A stretch of DNA of 64,000 bases from an uncultured bacterium (GTDB lineage: Bacteria > Verrucomicrobiota > Verrucomicrobiia > Limisphaerales > UBA8199). Under the pieces are notes generated by a model. The model was not told the DNA's origin, ran no database searches, and saw nothing but the letters and a program-made list of their open reading frames with translations. The translations under genes and the position numbers were made by a program. The stretch spans positions 128,001 to 192,000 of the forward strand of contig CAVVMW010000021.1 in NCBI GenBank assembly GCA_963749495.1, read 5' to 3'. Positions 54,218 through 64,000 of this stretch are shown here, in pieces (position 1 is the stretch's first letter; each line of letters begins with the position of its first letter).

Positions 54218-54356
54218 GGAGTGCGGAGTGAAAATGACGAATGACGAATGACGAATGACGAATGACGAATAAGCAGAGGCAGCGCCTGTCGCTTGGTCTT
54301 TTGGTCCCTTATTCGTCATTCGTCATTCGTCATTCGTCATTTTCACTCCGCATTCC
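54218..54356. repeat. Inverted heptamer arrays (AATGACG)5 / (CGTCATT)4 with a 36-nt spacer
   Basis: Arms extend into GGAGTGCGGAGTG / CACTCCGCATTCC; solo arms at 10853-10882 and 40828-40848. Confidence 0.9.
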
Positions 54357-54407
54357 GCATTCGGTCGAACCTTGTCGGCTTTGCGGTGTTTGATAGACTG
54401 GTCAACC

Positions 54408-55055
54408 ATGCCGGCTGAGCTGGACCCAGACGCCGCCCTGATGCTTCGCGTCAAGCAGGGCGATGGCGCGGCTTTTGCCGAGTTGGTGGACAAATACAAG
54501 CAGCCGGTGCTCAACCTGGTCTATCGGATGCTCCGCAACGCCACCGAGGCGGAGGACCTGGCCCAGAACGTCTTCTTGCAGGTCTTCCGCTCCGCGCATC
54601 GCTACCAGGTGTCCGCCAGGTTCTCCACCTGGCTGTTCACAATCGCCCGCAACCTCTGCCTCAACGAACTGCGCCGCCGCTCCCGCCACCCGGCCCAATC
54701 CATGGACGCCACGCACCCCGAGCGGGATGACCAACCGCTGCAGCAGTTCGAGGACACAAAGACCTTCTCGCCCACGGAGCGCCTGCTCCAGGGCGAACTG
54801 GAGGAGAAGATCGAACAAGCCGTGGCCGAGTTGCCGGAAAACCAGCGCACCGCCATCCTCCTCTGCCGCCAGGACGAACTGAGCTACGAGGAGATCGCCC
54901 AGGTGCTCGATTGCTCGCTCTCCGCCACCAAGTCCCTAATCCATCGCGGGCGTGAGACACTCAAACAAAAGCTCAAACCCTACCTGCGCACCGGAGGGTG
55001 GAGCGCCCCGGCGGGCCCGGAGAAACCTGGGCGCAAGGGGGGCTTGGGAGCGTGA
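54408..55055 (+). CDS. ECF sigma factor (RpoE-like)
   Basis: AEDLAQNVF, FSTWLFTIARN, LSYEEIAQVL..KSLIHRGR. Confidence 0.92.
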   Translation: MPAELDPDAALMLRVKQGDGAAFAELVDKYKQPVLNLVYRMLRNATEAEDLAQNVFLQVFRSAHRYQVSARFSTWLFTIARNLCLNELRRRSRHPAQSMDATHPERDDQPLQQFEDTKTFSPTERLLQGELEEKIEQAVAELPENQRTAILLCRQDELSYEEIAQVLDCSLSATKSLIHRGRETLKQKLKPYLRTGGWSAPAGPEKPGRKGGLGA

Positions 55056-55088
55056 GGGCTTTTACACGGACAAAGTCCCGACTCGCTT

Positions 55089-55117
55089 GCAACTTTTGTG
55101 TCCGCGCGGTTTTCAAC
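55089..55117 (+). promoter_or_regulatory. Possible ECF-type promoter
   Basis: GCAACTT-N17-TCAAC, similar to the sigmaE consensus. Confidence 0.35.
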
Positions 55118-55141
55118 CAATAGAGAAAGTTGTTGAATCTT

Positions 55142-55645
55142 ATGGCAAACGAGCGAACCTGCCCCCAATGGCTCGAGTTGAGTTGGCGGAGGAAACTCAC
55201 GCCGGCCGAACGAGCCGAGTTAGGGGCCTGGCTGGCGGCCCATCCCGAAGCGCAGGCCGACTGGGAGGCCGAGGCCGCCCTCACGGAGGCCCTGGCGCGG
55301 TTGCCCGACGTGGCGGTGCCCAGCAATTTCACGACGCTGGTCCTGGACGCCGCCGGGCGTGAAACCGCCGCCGCCTGGCCCCGGCGCCGGCTTCAATGGC
55401 TGGCGTGGCCTCGCCGCCTGCCCTGGCTGCCGAAGTTGGCCTTCGCCGTCGTTATCCTGGGCGGCAGCGTGCTTTCCTATCACCAGGTCCTGGCCTTTCA
55501 GCGCGCACAACTTGCAAGAAGCCTGGTGACCATTTCCGACGTCGCCACGCTCCCCAGTCCGCTCATCCTGACCAATTTCGAGGCCATCCAGGTTATGAAT
55601 CGGACGCCCCCGGCCGACCTTGAACTGCTGGAGTTGCTCCGATGA
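55142..55645 (+). CDS. Putative transmembrane anti-sigma factor
   Basis: Follows the ECF gene; VPSNFT, one TM helix. Confidence 0.7.
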   Translation: MANERTCPQWLELSWRRKLTPAERAELGAWLAAHPEAQADWEAEAALTEALARLPDVAVPSNFTTLVLDAAGRETAAAWPRRRLQWLAWPRRLPWLPKLAFAVVILGGSVLSYHQVLAFQRAQLARSLVTISDVATLPSPLILTNFEAIQVMNRTPPADLELLELLR

Positions 55646-56724
55646 ACCGATCCGGCTCGCGATCATGGTTGGCAGGCGCCCTGGCCGTGGCGATGGTGGG
55701 GGCGTTGTCGGTTGGGCGGTTCTGCCTCGGCCATTCCTTGCTGGCCGGCTCGGGCACCGCCCAACAGCGCCCGGTCCCCTCGCTCTTCGCTGCGGCCGCC
55801 TCGGCGCCACCCCCTGCTCCCGCCTCGACCGCCGCCACGACCGACCCCACCTACGCCCTCTCCCCCAGGTCGCCTGTGGACACCTTCCGCGACTTGCTGG
55901 CCATGCACCCGACCGAGCGCAAACAGGCCCTCGCCAACCGTCCCCCCGAGGTCCAGAGGGCCCTCCTGGCCAAGGTCCGCGAATATGAATCGCTCAATCC
56001 CACCCTGCGGGAACTGCGCCTCAAGTCCACTGAACTCTACTATTACCTCTGGCCGCTCATGAACACTCCGCCCGCCACCCGCCAGGCCCTCCTGGCCCTG
56101 GTTCCCGAGCGCGACCGCAAGGAAATCCAGAAACGCCTCAAGACCTGGGACGCCTATCCCGGCGGCAAACAACAGGAACTGCTGACCAATGTCCTGGCCC
56201 TCCGTTTCTACGGCGAACTCAAGTCCGGCCCGCCCCCGCTCCCCCCGGTCTCGCCCGCCGAGCAGGAAAAACTCAATCGCGGCGTCCGCCAGTGGCGCGC
56301 CCTCTCCACGGCCCAGCAGCAGAGGCTCGCCACCCGCTTCGACCGGTTCTTCGAACTCTCACCCGACGAGCAACAGAAGGCCGCCAATACCCTGAGCGAG
56401 TCCGAACGCCGCCAGATCGAGAAGACCCTGCGCAACTTCGAAAACCTGTCTGCGGATGACCGCTCCAAGTGCATCCTCGCCTTCCAGAGATTCGCCAGCC
56501 TGAGCCTGGAACAACGCCGGCAATTCCTCAAGAACGCCGAGGCCTGGAAGCTCCTCTCCCCGGAACAGCGGCAGAACTGGTGCAACCTGGTCAACAATCT
56601 GCCCGTGCTGCCTCCCGAACCGCCCGGCCTGAATCCCCCGCCCGCGCCCCCCGACGCGCGTTTCCCCGGTCCGCGCAATCTCCCTCCCTCCTCCCCACCC
56701 CCGCCCCCGGGAACCGATCTCTAA
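55642..56724 (+). CDS. DUF3106-like helical repeat protein
   Basis: WxxLSPEQR repeats; ATGA overlap with the upstream gene. Confidence 0.75.
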   Translation: MNRSGSRSWLAGALAVAMVGALSVGRFCLGHSLLAGSGTAQQRPVPSLFAAAASAPPPAPASTAATTDPTYALSPRSPVDTFRDLLAMHPTERKQALANRPPEVQRALLAKVREYESLNPTLRELRLKSTELYYYLWPLMNTPPATRQALLALVPERDRKEIQKRLKTWDAYPGGKQQELLTNVLALRFYGELKSGPPPLPPVSPAEQEKLNRGVRQWRALSTAQQQRLATRFDRFFELSPDEQQKAANTLSESERRQIEKTLRNFENLSADDRSKCILAFQRFASLSLEQRRQFLKNAEAWKLLSPEQRQNWCNLVNNLPVLPPEPPGLNPPPAPPDARFPGPRNLPPSSPPPPPGTDL

Positions 56725-56801
56725 GTGGGCGGGTGCAAAGGGAAATGTCACACTGTGAATTGACTTTGGAGAGAATGATCCGCCTTTCCTGCTCTGCCTC
56801 G

Positions 56802-57013
56802 CGGCCCAAAGGGCCGCCAGAACCTAGCCCAGGGCTGAGGCCGCCAGGCCGATGCCCTGGGTTTCGCCACAACCCCGGGCCCCGCGCCCTGAAAGGGCGC
56901 CAGAGACTCTCTGGCGCCCTTTCAGGGCGCGCCTGATCTTCCGGGGGCATGGTCCCAGGGCATCGGCCTGGCGGCCTCAGCCCTGGGCTAGGTTCTGCCG
57001 GCCCTTTGGGCCG
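56802..57013. repeat. REPIN-like near-perfect ~210-bp inverted repeat
   Basis: CGGCCCAAAGGGCC..CTAGCCCAGGGC..GCCCTGAAAGGGCG mirrored. Confidence 0.9.
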
Positions 57014-57052
57014 GAGATTCAGAGGCTGCGACGAAGGTCTGCCTGCCACCCT

Positions 57053-58141
57053 ATGAACATGCTCGCCTACAAACACGGTTGGGTGGAAGTCCTGGCGCGG
57101 CTCCGCTCCTTATACGAGCGGCGGGCGATGGATCGCATCTTCGCGACCATGACCGTGCCCAGCGCGGCGCTTCGCAAATTCGCACAGCAGCATCCGAACC
57201 CTGAGTGCGGCTATCCCGACCCTGCTGAGCGGGCCGGGTTCTGGGACGAGTTGCTGGCGGAGCGGATTGTGCTCGAAGACGATTCGCTGCCCAGCGCTTA
57301 CTTGAGCGAGTTGGATCAGGGCCTCTATGGCGGTCTGCTGGGCGGGCAAGTCAGCTTCATGGTCCATCCCGAGATTGGCTGGATTTCTTCAATGGTTCCG
57401 CCGCTGCTCGAGGATTGGTCCGAGTTCGGAGGCCTCCGCTTCGAGGAATCGCACCCCTGGTGGCAACGGTATTGCCGCCAACTGGATGTCTTTGCCGCGC
57501 ACAGTGCCGGCAAGTGGGGCATCAGCCACTTCATCCTCATTGACAACCTGAACTTCGTGTTCGAGTTGATCGGCGCCACCCGGACCTACCTCAGCGTCGA
57601 GGAGCATCCGGACATGGTTGGCCGCGCCGTCGAGTTGGCGTTCGAGCTGAACGTGAAGGTGCAGCAGCGGTTCTTCCAGGCCGTGCCCAGTCTGGAAGGC
57701 GGCACGTTCAGCAACTTCGGGCAGTGGATTCCGGGGCGCATCCTCTCCGAAAGCCTGGACCCCTTTCACATGACGTCGGTGGCCTATTTCGAAAAGTGGG
57801 GGCGCGAGCCGGCCGAGAGGATTCTCGGACAGTTCGACGGCGGCGTCATCCACCTGCACGGCAATGGCCGGCACCTGCTCCGCGCGGCCTCCACCCTCAA
57901 GGGTTTGAAGGCAATCCTGCTGCTGGACGACCGCGGGTTTCCTCGGGCGTTTGAGGCACTAAAGGACCTCCAGCCGCTCGCGGGCGGGGTTCCTTTGTCC
58001 CTGTTTGCCGATTACGCCGCGTTCCAGCAGGGCCTGGACCGGCACGAACTGCCCGGCGGAGTCATCTACCAGGTCCTCAACGTTCCCGACGCCCGTGCTG
58101 CCAACCGCTGCATGGAGGCCGTCCGCGCCTACCGCGCATAG
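57053..58141 (+). CDS. Uroporphyrinogen decarboxylase / methyltransferase-like TIM-barrel protein
   Basis: Overall pattern (EEHPDMV, IHLHG); weak family assignment. Confidence 0.5.
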   Translation: MNMLAYKHGWVEVLARLRSLYERRAMDRIFATMTVPSAALRKFAQQHPNPECGYPDPAERAGFWDELLAERIVLEDDSLPSAYLSELDQGLYGGLLGGQVSFMVHPEIGWISSMVPPLLEDWSEFGGLRFEESHPWWQRYCRQLDVFAAHSAGKWGISHFILIDNLNFVFELIGATRTYLSVEEHPDMVGRAVELAFELNVKVQQRFFQAVPSLEGGTFSNFGQWIPGRILSESLDPFHMTSVAYFEKWGREPAERILGQFDGGVIHLHGNGRHLLRAASTLKGLKAILLLDDRGFPRAFEALKDLQPLAGGVPLSLFADYAAFQQGLDRHELPGGVIYQVLNVPDARAANRCMEAVRAYRA

Positions 58142-59865
58142 TCGAGGATCATCGCAGCCAGTTTGACTCGCGCCCGTTCATAGGCGGCCGGAGCCTTGTC
58201 CCATTGGAAAAACGTCTCCGTGAGCGAGCGGACGACTTTCTGCGCCTCGGCGGCCTTGCCCAGGCGGTCGAGGATAGCCAGATACTCATAGTCTTGGATG
58301 GCCTCGCGCAGGGCCTTGAGGCGTATCGTGGGCGCGACACCGTCGTAACCCACGGGGCGGGCCGGATAGACCAGCGAACCTTCGCCGTTGAAAACGATGC
58401 CTTTGCCGCCCTGCTGCGGCTGGCCATTGCCGGTGTAGAAGGGGGCCTGGGTCCAGGGCTGCGCGCTCTGGCCCCAGTAGGACATCCCGCCCCAATAGAG
58501 CAGGCCCTTCATGCCGTCGCGCCACGCCATCCAAGCCGGCACACGGTAGTTGAGCAGAGGGAAATCAATGTGCCACCAGGGCGTGGGCGGCCCTTGGCAG
58601 AGCGCCGTGTAGGTCCAGATGCTCTCGCCCAGCGCTTGCCGCTTGGCCGCGCTCTCCTGCCGGTGCAGCGAGAACAGCGGACACCAGATGTCCACCGCGC
58701 CGTAGAGGTCGCCCCACGCGCTGTCGGCCCCGCCGTAGCCCGGCTCGGTCCAGGGCTGCTCGACCACGAGCACTTTGACCACGGACCCCGCCTCGCGGAC
58801 GGCACGGCCCCACTTTTGCACGTAGCGGTAATCCTCCAGCGTGTTTGGCTCGTCCCTCAGGTAGGTGTAAAAAAGGACGCCGGGCCGGGCGAGGTCCTTG
58901 GCCGCCCGGTCGAAGGCCGCCAGCCACGCGCGCAAGGTGTCGCGCTGCGTTTCCGGATCCTTGACGGCGCTGGAAGGATGCGGGGTCTGCAGCGCATTGA
59001 GGTGATAGCGGTCCACGAACTGCCGCAGGGCCTGCACCTGCCCGGCAGGAATCCGAAACGAGCCGTCCGGCTGTGCCCTGGGTGTGAGCATCTCGCCAGG
59101 CGGCACGGCATTGAAGCGGTGTTCGCACAGCAACTGGGCGCACTGGGCCTCGACCGCCGCCCAATCCGACGGCTCCGGCTCGCCGGCTGCTTTGGCCCGC
59201 TGGCGATAATAATCGCTCAATCGCGGAGAGCCGAACTCCGTCACCAGCGTGGGGGTTTGCGGCAAGGCAAAGTTCCACACCGCCAACGAAATCGGGATCT
59301 CCCGGGCCGTGTTGCCGCCGGCGGTGACGAGATAGGCGCCGCGATACTGCCCCGGCGCGGCGTCGGCGGGGACGTATAGGTCCACCCAAAAACCGTGCGT
59401 TTCATTGGCGGGCAAATCGAAGGGCACCGCCACAAGGCGCGCCCCTTCCAGCTTCCTCCCGGCCACCGGATGCTGGAACGGGATGAGCGGGTCGGGATAC
59501 CAATCCGGTTTGAAGCTCTCATTCCGGTAGGTGCCCGCCTCCAGGTGAAGCTGGTGCTGGCGGTAGAGGCGGGCGTCGGCCCGGCGCAGCACGGCCCCGC
59601 CAGGCCCCTTGAGATCGCCTGCCTCCACACTGACCCCGTTCACCGGCGCGTCCGAGCGGACCAGTATCTGGAAGCTCACCCACTCGTTGCGGGCGGCGCC
59701 CAGTCCGACGGTCGTGCCGGCAGCGGGCATTTCGCTGCGCAGCACGTGCCTGGTTTCGGTCACGGTCCACACCTGGCACTCCGCGCGCGCCACCCCGGCG
59801 AGCGCGAGGGACAGCACAGCGGCAACAAGTGATGAAAGGACGAGTCGGTTCCGGGAGGCATTCAT
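58129..59865 (-). CDS. Secreted DUF4091 / GH123-like glycoside hydrolase
   Basis: AARNEWVSFQ, WYPDPLIP, YLRDEP, GLLYW, GEGSLVYP, IRLKALREAIQDYEYL. Confidence 0.8.
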   Translation of the reverse strand: MNASRNRLVLSSLVAAVLSLALAGVARAECQVWTVTETRHVLRSEMPAAGTTVGLGAARNEWVSFQILVRSDAPVNGVSVEAGDLKGPGGAVLRRADARLYRQHQLHLEAGTYRNESFKPDWYPDPLIPFQHPVAGRKLEGARLVAVPFDLPANETHGFWVDLYVPADAAPGQYRGAYLVTAGGNTAREIPISLAVWNFALPQTPTLVTEFGSPRLSDYYRQRAKAAGEPEPSDWAAVEAQCAQLLCEHRFNAVPPGEMLTPRAQPDGSFRIPAGQVQALRQFVDRYHLNALQTPHPSSAVKDPETQRDTLRAWLAAFDRAAKDLARPGVLFYTYLRDEPNTLEDYRYVQKWGRAVREAGSVVKVLVVEQPWTEPGYGGADSAWGDLYGAVDIWCPLFSLHRQESAAKRQALGESIWTYTALCQGPPTPWWHIDFPLLNYRVPAWMAWRDGMKGLLYWGGMSYWGQSAQPWTQAPFYTGNGQPQQGGKGIVFNGEGSLVYPARPVGYDGVAPTIRLKALREAIQDYEYLAILDRLGKAAEAQKVVRSLTETFFQWDKAPAAYERARVKLAAMILDYAR

Positions 59866-59976
59866 GCAAGCTCTATACTGCCTGGGAACGATAGGGGGTC
59901 AACCCCATTTGCGGGGGGCGAGAGGCGCGTCCGGGCAGCGCCCCCAACGGCGAGGTGCCAGCACGGAGCGCAACGC

Positions 59977-60188
59977 GCGCGTCGCGTAGCGACGCAGTGA
60001 AGGTAGCCGTGGACCTCGGTCCACGGTAGCGGGCATGGCAATGGCCGCGCGTCGCGTAGCGACGCCTGACGGCTTGGTGCTGGCAAACGCAATGCGCATT
60101 TCAGGCGTCGCTACGCGACGCGGGTGGATACTGGTCACCGGTCCGTGGACTGAAAGTCCACGGCTACCATCAGACACCGCTACGCGGT
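59977..60188. repeat. Family A REPIN
   Basis: Full mirrored unit. Confidence 0.88.
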
Positions 60189-60318
60189 GATTGTCAGTAC
60201 CCGCACGCGCATTCGCGCTGCGCACGTCAACGCCTCCAACGCCGCTGCGATGCGCGCTAATGGCGGCCCCCGGAGATTCCGGCTGACTGGGAACCAGGCC
60301 GGTGCTATCCTGCCGCCC

Positions 60319-61099
60319 ATGCGGACTCGATCTCTGGCCCATAGCTTGCCAAACCCTCTGCGCTTTGCCTGGGTGCTCCTTTTGGGCGCGTTGTGCTGCG
60401 GGCACGCCCTCGGGGAGCTTCGCGTGCCTGCCTTCACCGCTTACCTCGACCCCGACCCTGACGGCGCAAGCGTCAGGCCGTCTTCGGGCATTTCCAACTG
60501 GAAAGGCCCGGCGCTCAAGGTGCTTTGGTTCGGCGAAATCCGGACGGCGGGCAAACTCGAGAGCTCGCTGGTCTTGCGGCTGCCGGCCAACACAGCATCC
60601 AGACTCCGTCTCCACGGTGGCAGGCCAGTCCCGCGAAGCCGCGGCCCAGGGCGACGGGACCGGGCCGGTGACGGTCCGCTTCGGCTCATTCGAGATTGGG
60701 GCGCCGGGTTACCAGCAATTCACGCTCGCATCGCTCAAATGGATGCTCATCTCCAGTTGGCGGGCGCCCAAGGAGGGGGGCTACCTGCGCGGCCTCTACA
60801 GTTTCAGCGAGAATTTCGGCGGCAGCAACGGCCATCTCCGGCGCAAGGCGCTCTATGGCAACCAGTGGGTCCGCACACCCGAGGGCCGCTGGGTGGAGTT
60901 GACCACCGCCACGTTCAGCCACGACCCGACAGGACGGGCCGACCGGTTGGACCGCTTCATGGGGGTCGAGAACGGCCAGTTTTTCCTGTCGCACGGGGGG
61001 TTCACGCCCGGCTTCACCAGGTTCGGAGAGAAGTTCGAGCGGCCGGCGGCCGGCAAAGCGCCATTGGACCTTGTGTTGCCGGAACCGGTGATGAAGTGA
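60319..61099 (+). pseudogene. DUF5077/DUF3472-like protein, apparently internally deleted; frameshift near 60612
   Basis: Signal peptide, VPAFTAY; GYQQFTLASL joined directly to KWMLISSWRAPK..LYSFSENF..YGNQW. Confidence 0.6.
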
Positions 61100-61171
61100 C
61101 GCGGCAACTCTTTTTGGCCGGATGAACGTGACGTTTGTTCTGGAGCCTCTCCCGAAAGCTCTGATTCCGGA

Positions 61172-61252
61172 CCTTTGTCGCAGCCTTTGTCGGCACCTTT
61201 GTCGAGAAATGGCCAACCCGACAAAGGTCTCGACAAAGGCTGCGACGAAGGT
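61172..61252. repeat. Inverted 12-mer tandem repeats (CCTTTGTCG / CGACAAAGG)
   Basis: Related to 10128-10205. Confidence 0.8.
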
Positions 61253-61290
61253 CTCCCACTCGCGGGGTTTTTGGGGGACGGGCTGTATCC

Positions 61291-62212
61291 TCAACACCCG
61301 TCCAGTTGCTCGAGCACGGCGGTCAAGTGGGCCAGGGACTTGACGGCCTGTTCCTCGGTGCCGCACTCGACCGAGAGGGTGCCGCGATAGCCGGCCTGCT
61401 CGCCAGCCCGCCAGGCGCTTCCAGTCGATGACGCCGTCGCCACAAGCGCAACCGACGGCCGTGCCGGTGACCTTGCCCCTTTCGGTCTGGGCCTGCTGGA
61501 CCGAAATGTCTTTGGCGTGAACGTGCACGACCTTATCGAGGACGGCCTCGAGCATAGCGTAAGGGTCTTCGCCGGCAAGGAAGGTGTTGCCGCAATCGAA
61601 ATTGCAGCGGATCCAGGGCGAATCGACCAACTCGAGGATGCGGGGCATCTGCCGAATCCTGGTGGTGAACGGCCCGTGCTGCTCGATGCCCAGGTAGATG
61701 CCGTTCTCCTCGCAGGTCTCCGCGATGGCGCGCAGATTCATCTTCATGATGGCGAAGGCATCCTCCTCGGTCATCCATTTGGGCGGATACATGTTCTCGG
61801 TGATCTGCACGATGGGCGCGCCGACCGCCCGGGCGTAGCGAATGCCGCGCCGCGCGTAAAGCACGCCGAACTCCGGGCTCAGCAGGTCCGAGTGCGACGA
61901 CAATGCGCTGAGCTTGACCCCCGCCTGCTGGCAGAGGTCCCGGATCTCGGCCGGGTCGGTGTCCAGGCTGGTGACGTGGCAGTACTTCCCGATGGACAGC
62001 AGGCACTGGCCCATGAGGAAGCAGGGCTCGACGCACTGGTAGCCCATCTTGCCGGCGGTTTTGATGCCATACTCCAGGCTCTTGTCAGCGTGCCGGACGT
62101 ATTCCAGGTTCAGCCCCAGCGACATCCGCCCGGGCTGAGGCTGGGGATGGAGGGAATCACGGTCCGGGCTCGATGGGCCGGCTGCACAGAGTTGAGGGGA
62201 ATCGTCTGACAT
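61291..62212 (-). CDS. Sugar phosphate isomerase/epimerase (xylose isomerase-like TIM barrel); frameshift near 61410
   Basis: GIEQHG, NFDCGN, HVHAKD, GDGVIDW, LSVEC. Confidence 0.88.
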
Positions 62213-62369
62213 AAGTGAGGATTGTTTTTGAGGGTTCAGGCGGCAGGAACAGGGGGCTGCCGGTCTGGTTCGTGGTTCACCATTGCGACCACCACGTTAC
62301 CGGGCGAACCCTGAGGATCAAGTCGAAAATGCACGCGGTCAGTAAAGGCGGACACGGAATCCTGGGCCG

Positions 62370-62517
62370 CCCCCTCACCCCGGCCCTCTCCCCTTCCGAA
62401 GGGGAGAGGGAGCATTCTCGGCAGCGGCTTGAGGAAGCCGAGGCGCCTGGAATTTCCAGAGACTGCCGACGCTTCTCCCTCTCCCCTTCGGAAGGGGAGA
62501 GGGCCGGGGTGAGGGGT
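62370..62517. repeat. REP-like family B, copy 3
   Basis: Same mirrored arms as copies 1 and 2. Confidence 0.85.
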
Positions 62518-62773
62518 TCGCAGGGGACTCCCCTTCCGCCTTCACTGACCGATTGCGCCGCCCGGGGTTGATTCTTTTCTGCCACCGGCGCAGACTGTGG
62601 AGCATGAGCAAAACCCAAAGAACGACAGGCCTTGCGCTCGGCCTGCTCGCAGCCGGCCTTTTCGCCTCGCCGGGCTGCAAGAAGGCCCAACCGCCGCCGG
62701 CGCCGGGCACGATGCAAATTCCTATAACACTGGCCCGGAGAGTTTGTCTTCCGGGATCGTCCATTGGACCTTT

Positions 62774-63715
62774 GTGAAAGCCGCCGCCCAGCCAGCCGCG
62801 GGCACGACCGGCGGCTCCCTCACCATCTCGGGAGCGGAGCTGGGCCTGGCCATGCTCCTGCACGTGAGCCGGGTGCGCAGCCACGCCGCCAACCGTGTTG
62901 CCTGGCATTCGCACGACGGCTTTGAATTGATCTTCCTGCTCAACGGGGCCGTCACCTACGAATTTGCGGGCCCGCAGACGGTCGAACTGCACGGGGGGCA
63001 GTTCCTGGTCATCCCTCCCGGCCTGGCGCATCGCGGCCGCGACGACGTCCGCTCCCCCTCCACCATCTGCGGACTTGCCTTCCGGCCATCCCCGACCGGC
63101 GGATGGAAGAACACCTCGTTCACTCCCGGCAACGTCGCCCGCCTCTGCGCGACCCTGCGTGAGGCCCGTTGCGCCACCCATCCGTTCAACCCGTCTTTGC
63201 GCTGGCTGGTCCGCCGGTTGATGGAGCAAACGGCAAAATACCCGGCCAGTCCCAACCGCGCCGAGGCCGCCGCCGGCCTGCGCGCGCTGATCTGCGCCGT
63301 GCTGGTCGAGGCCAGGTCCCAGGCGCTGCTGCCGGCGGTAAAGCCCAAGGAATTCGCCGCCGCGCTCATCACTTATCTCCACGGACACTTCCGCGAACCG
63401 GTGCGGGTGCCCGACCTGGTCCGTTACCTGGGATTCAGCCGGGCGCGGATGTTCGACTTGTTCAAGTCGCAAACCGGTCTGACCCCCCACGATTACCTGC
63501 AGCGGTTGCGTGTGGAGGCCGCCCAGGCGCAACTGCAGCAGACCCGCCTGAGCATCACCGAGATCGCTTTGGCCACCGGCTTCAGCTCGTTGCAGCATTT
63601 CAGCACGGTCTTTGCGCGATACACCGGCCTGCCCCCATCGACGTTCCGCCACCAGGGCGGCCTGCGCTCCGAAGCGCCCCCCGCAGCCGGCCTCCCCGCC
63701 CGCGAGCGCCCGTGA
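62774..63715 (+). CDS. AraC family transcriptional regulator (cupin + HTH)
   Basis: WHSHDGFE, LFKSQTG, SITEIALATGFSSLQHFSTVF; start uncertain. Confidence 0.9.
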   Translation: MKAAAQPAAGTTGGSLTISGAELGLAMLLHVSRVRSHAANRVAWHSHDGFELIFLLNGAVTYEFAGPQTVELHGGQFLVIPPGLAHRGRDDVRSPSTICGLAFRPSPTGGWKNTSFTPGNVARLCATLREARCATHPFNPSLRWLVRRLMEQTAKYPASPNRAEAAAGLRALICAVLVEARSQALLPAVKPKEFAAALITYLHGHFREPVRVPDLVRYLGFSRARMFDLFKSQTGLTPHDYLQRLRVEAAQAQLQQTRLSITEIALATGFSSLQHFSTVFARYTGLPPSTFRHQGGLRSEAPPAAGLPARERP

Positions 63716-63773
63716 CCGTTGCGGGGGCCTCTGGCCGGTACCACCACGGCAGAGAGAGCGGCGGGTCAGCACC

Positions 63774-64000
63774 TTCATCCCGGAGGGATGGAAGAGGGTA
63801 GCCGGGGGTCCAAGCGAAGCAAGACCCCCGGTTCGGCGCAAGGGGGGCGTCTGCATCCCGGAGGGATGCCAGAAACGGGCGCACCGCACGCCGCGCGGTC
63901 TTCTGGCACCCCGCTCCGGGGTGCAGGACCCTTCAGACCGTCAACCGGGGGTCGCGACGGCGTCGCGACCCCCGGCTACCCTCTAGCAACCCTCCGGGTT
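63774..64000. repeat. REPIN-like element (GTAG + CCGGGGGTC..GACCCCCGG)
   Basis: Mirrored arms with CCCGGAGGG sub-palindromes; runs to the window edge. Confidence 0.85.

Overview
High-GC bacterial chromosomal DNA. Gene content points to Verrucomicrobiota (Pedosphaera/Limisphaerales-like); this is an inference from the PVC-restricted small protein, an ECF sigma factor with a periplasmic extension, H-X9-DG prepilin and RFYRL-type C-terminus. About 40 genes are recognisable, including proB, glnD, an agmatine deiminase divergent from a deoxyhypusine-synthase-like gene, an LptF/G permease, an M16 peptidase, putative glycoside hydrolases, an ECF/anti-sigma/DUF3106 cluster and a VapBC-type pair. About 13 genes, housekeeping ones included, carry single-base frameshifts, most simply explained as long-read consensus errors. 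No rRNA, tRNA, CRISPR array, cas gene, integrase or transposase was seen. Intergenic DNA is rich in REP/REPIN-like hairpins, short inverted tandem repeats and a nested MITE. The most unusual part is an AT-richer island (~29.7-39.3 kb). It has three co-oriented GGGGTC...CCCC palindromic elements, two of which cut genes; a 14-unit stutter array of a related left end; and three identical 55-bp direct repeats downstream of a promoter that separate small gene cassettes. Together these suggest an undescribed cassette capture/shuffling system whose enzyme lies outside the window. Also notable are a candidate sRNA carrying an anti-Shine-Dalgarno motif and a probable GxxExxY gene collapsed to 16 codons between its flanking inverted repeats. 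Family assignments are from motif recognition only; no searches were run.
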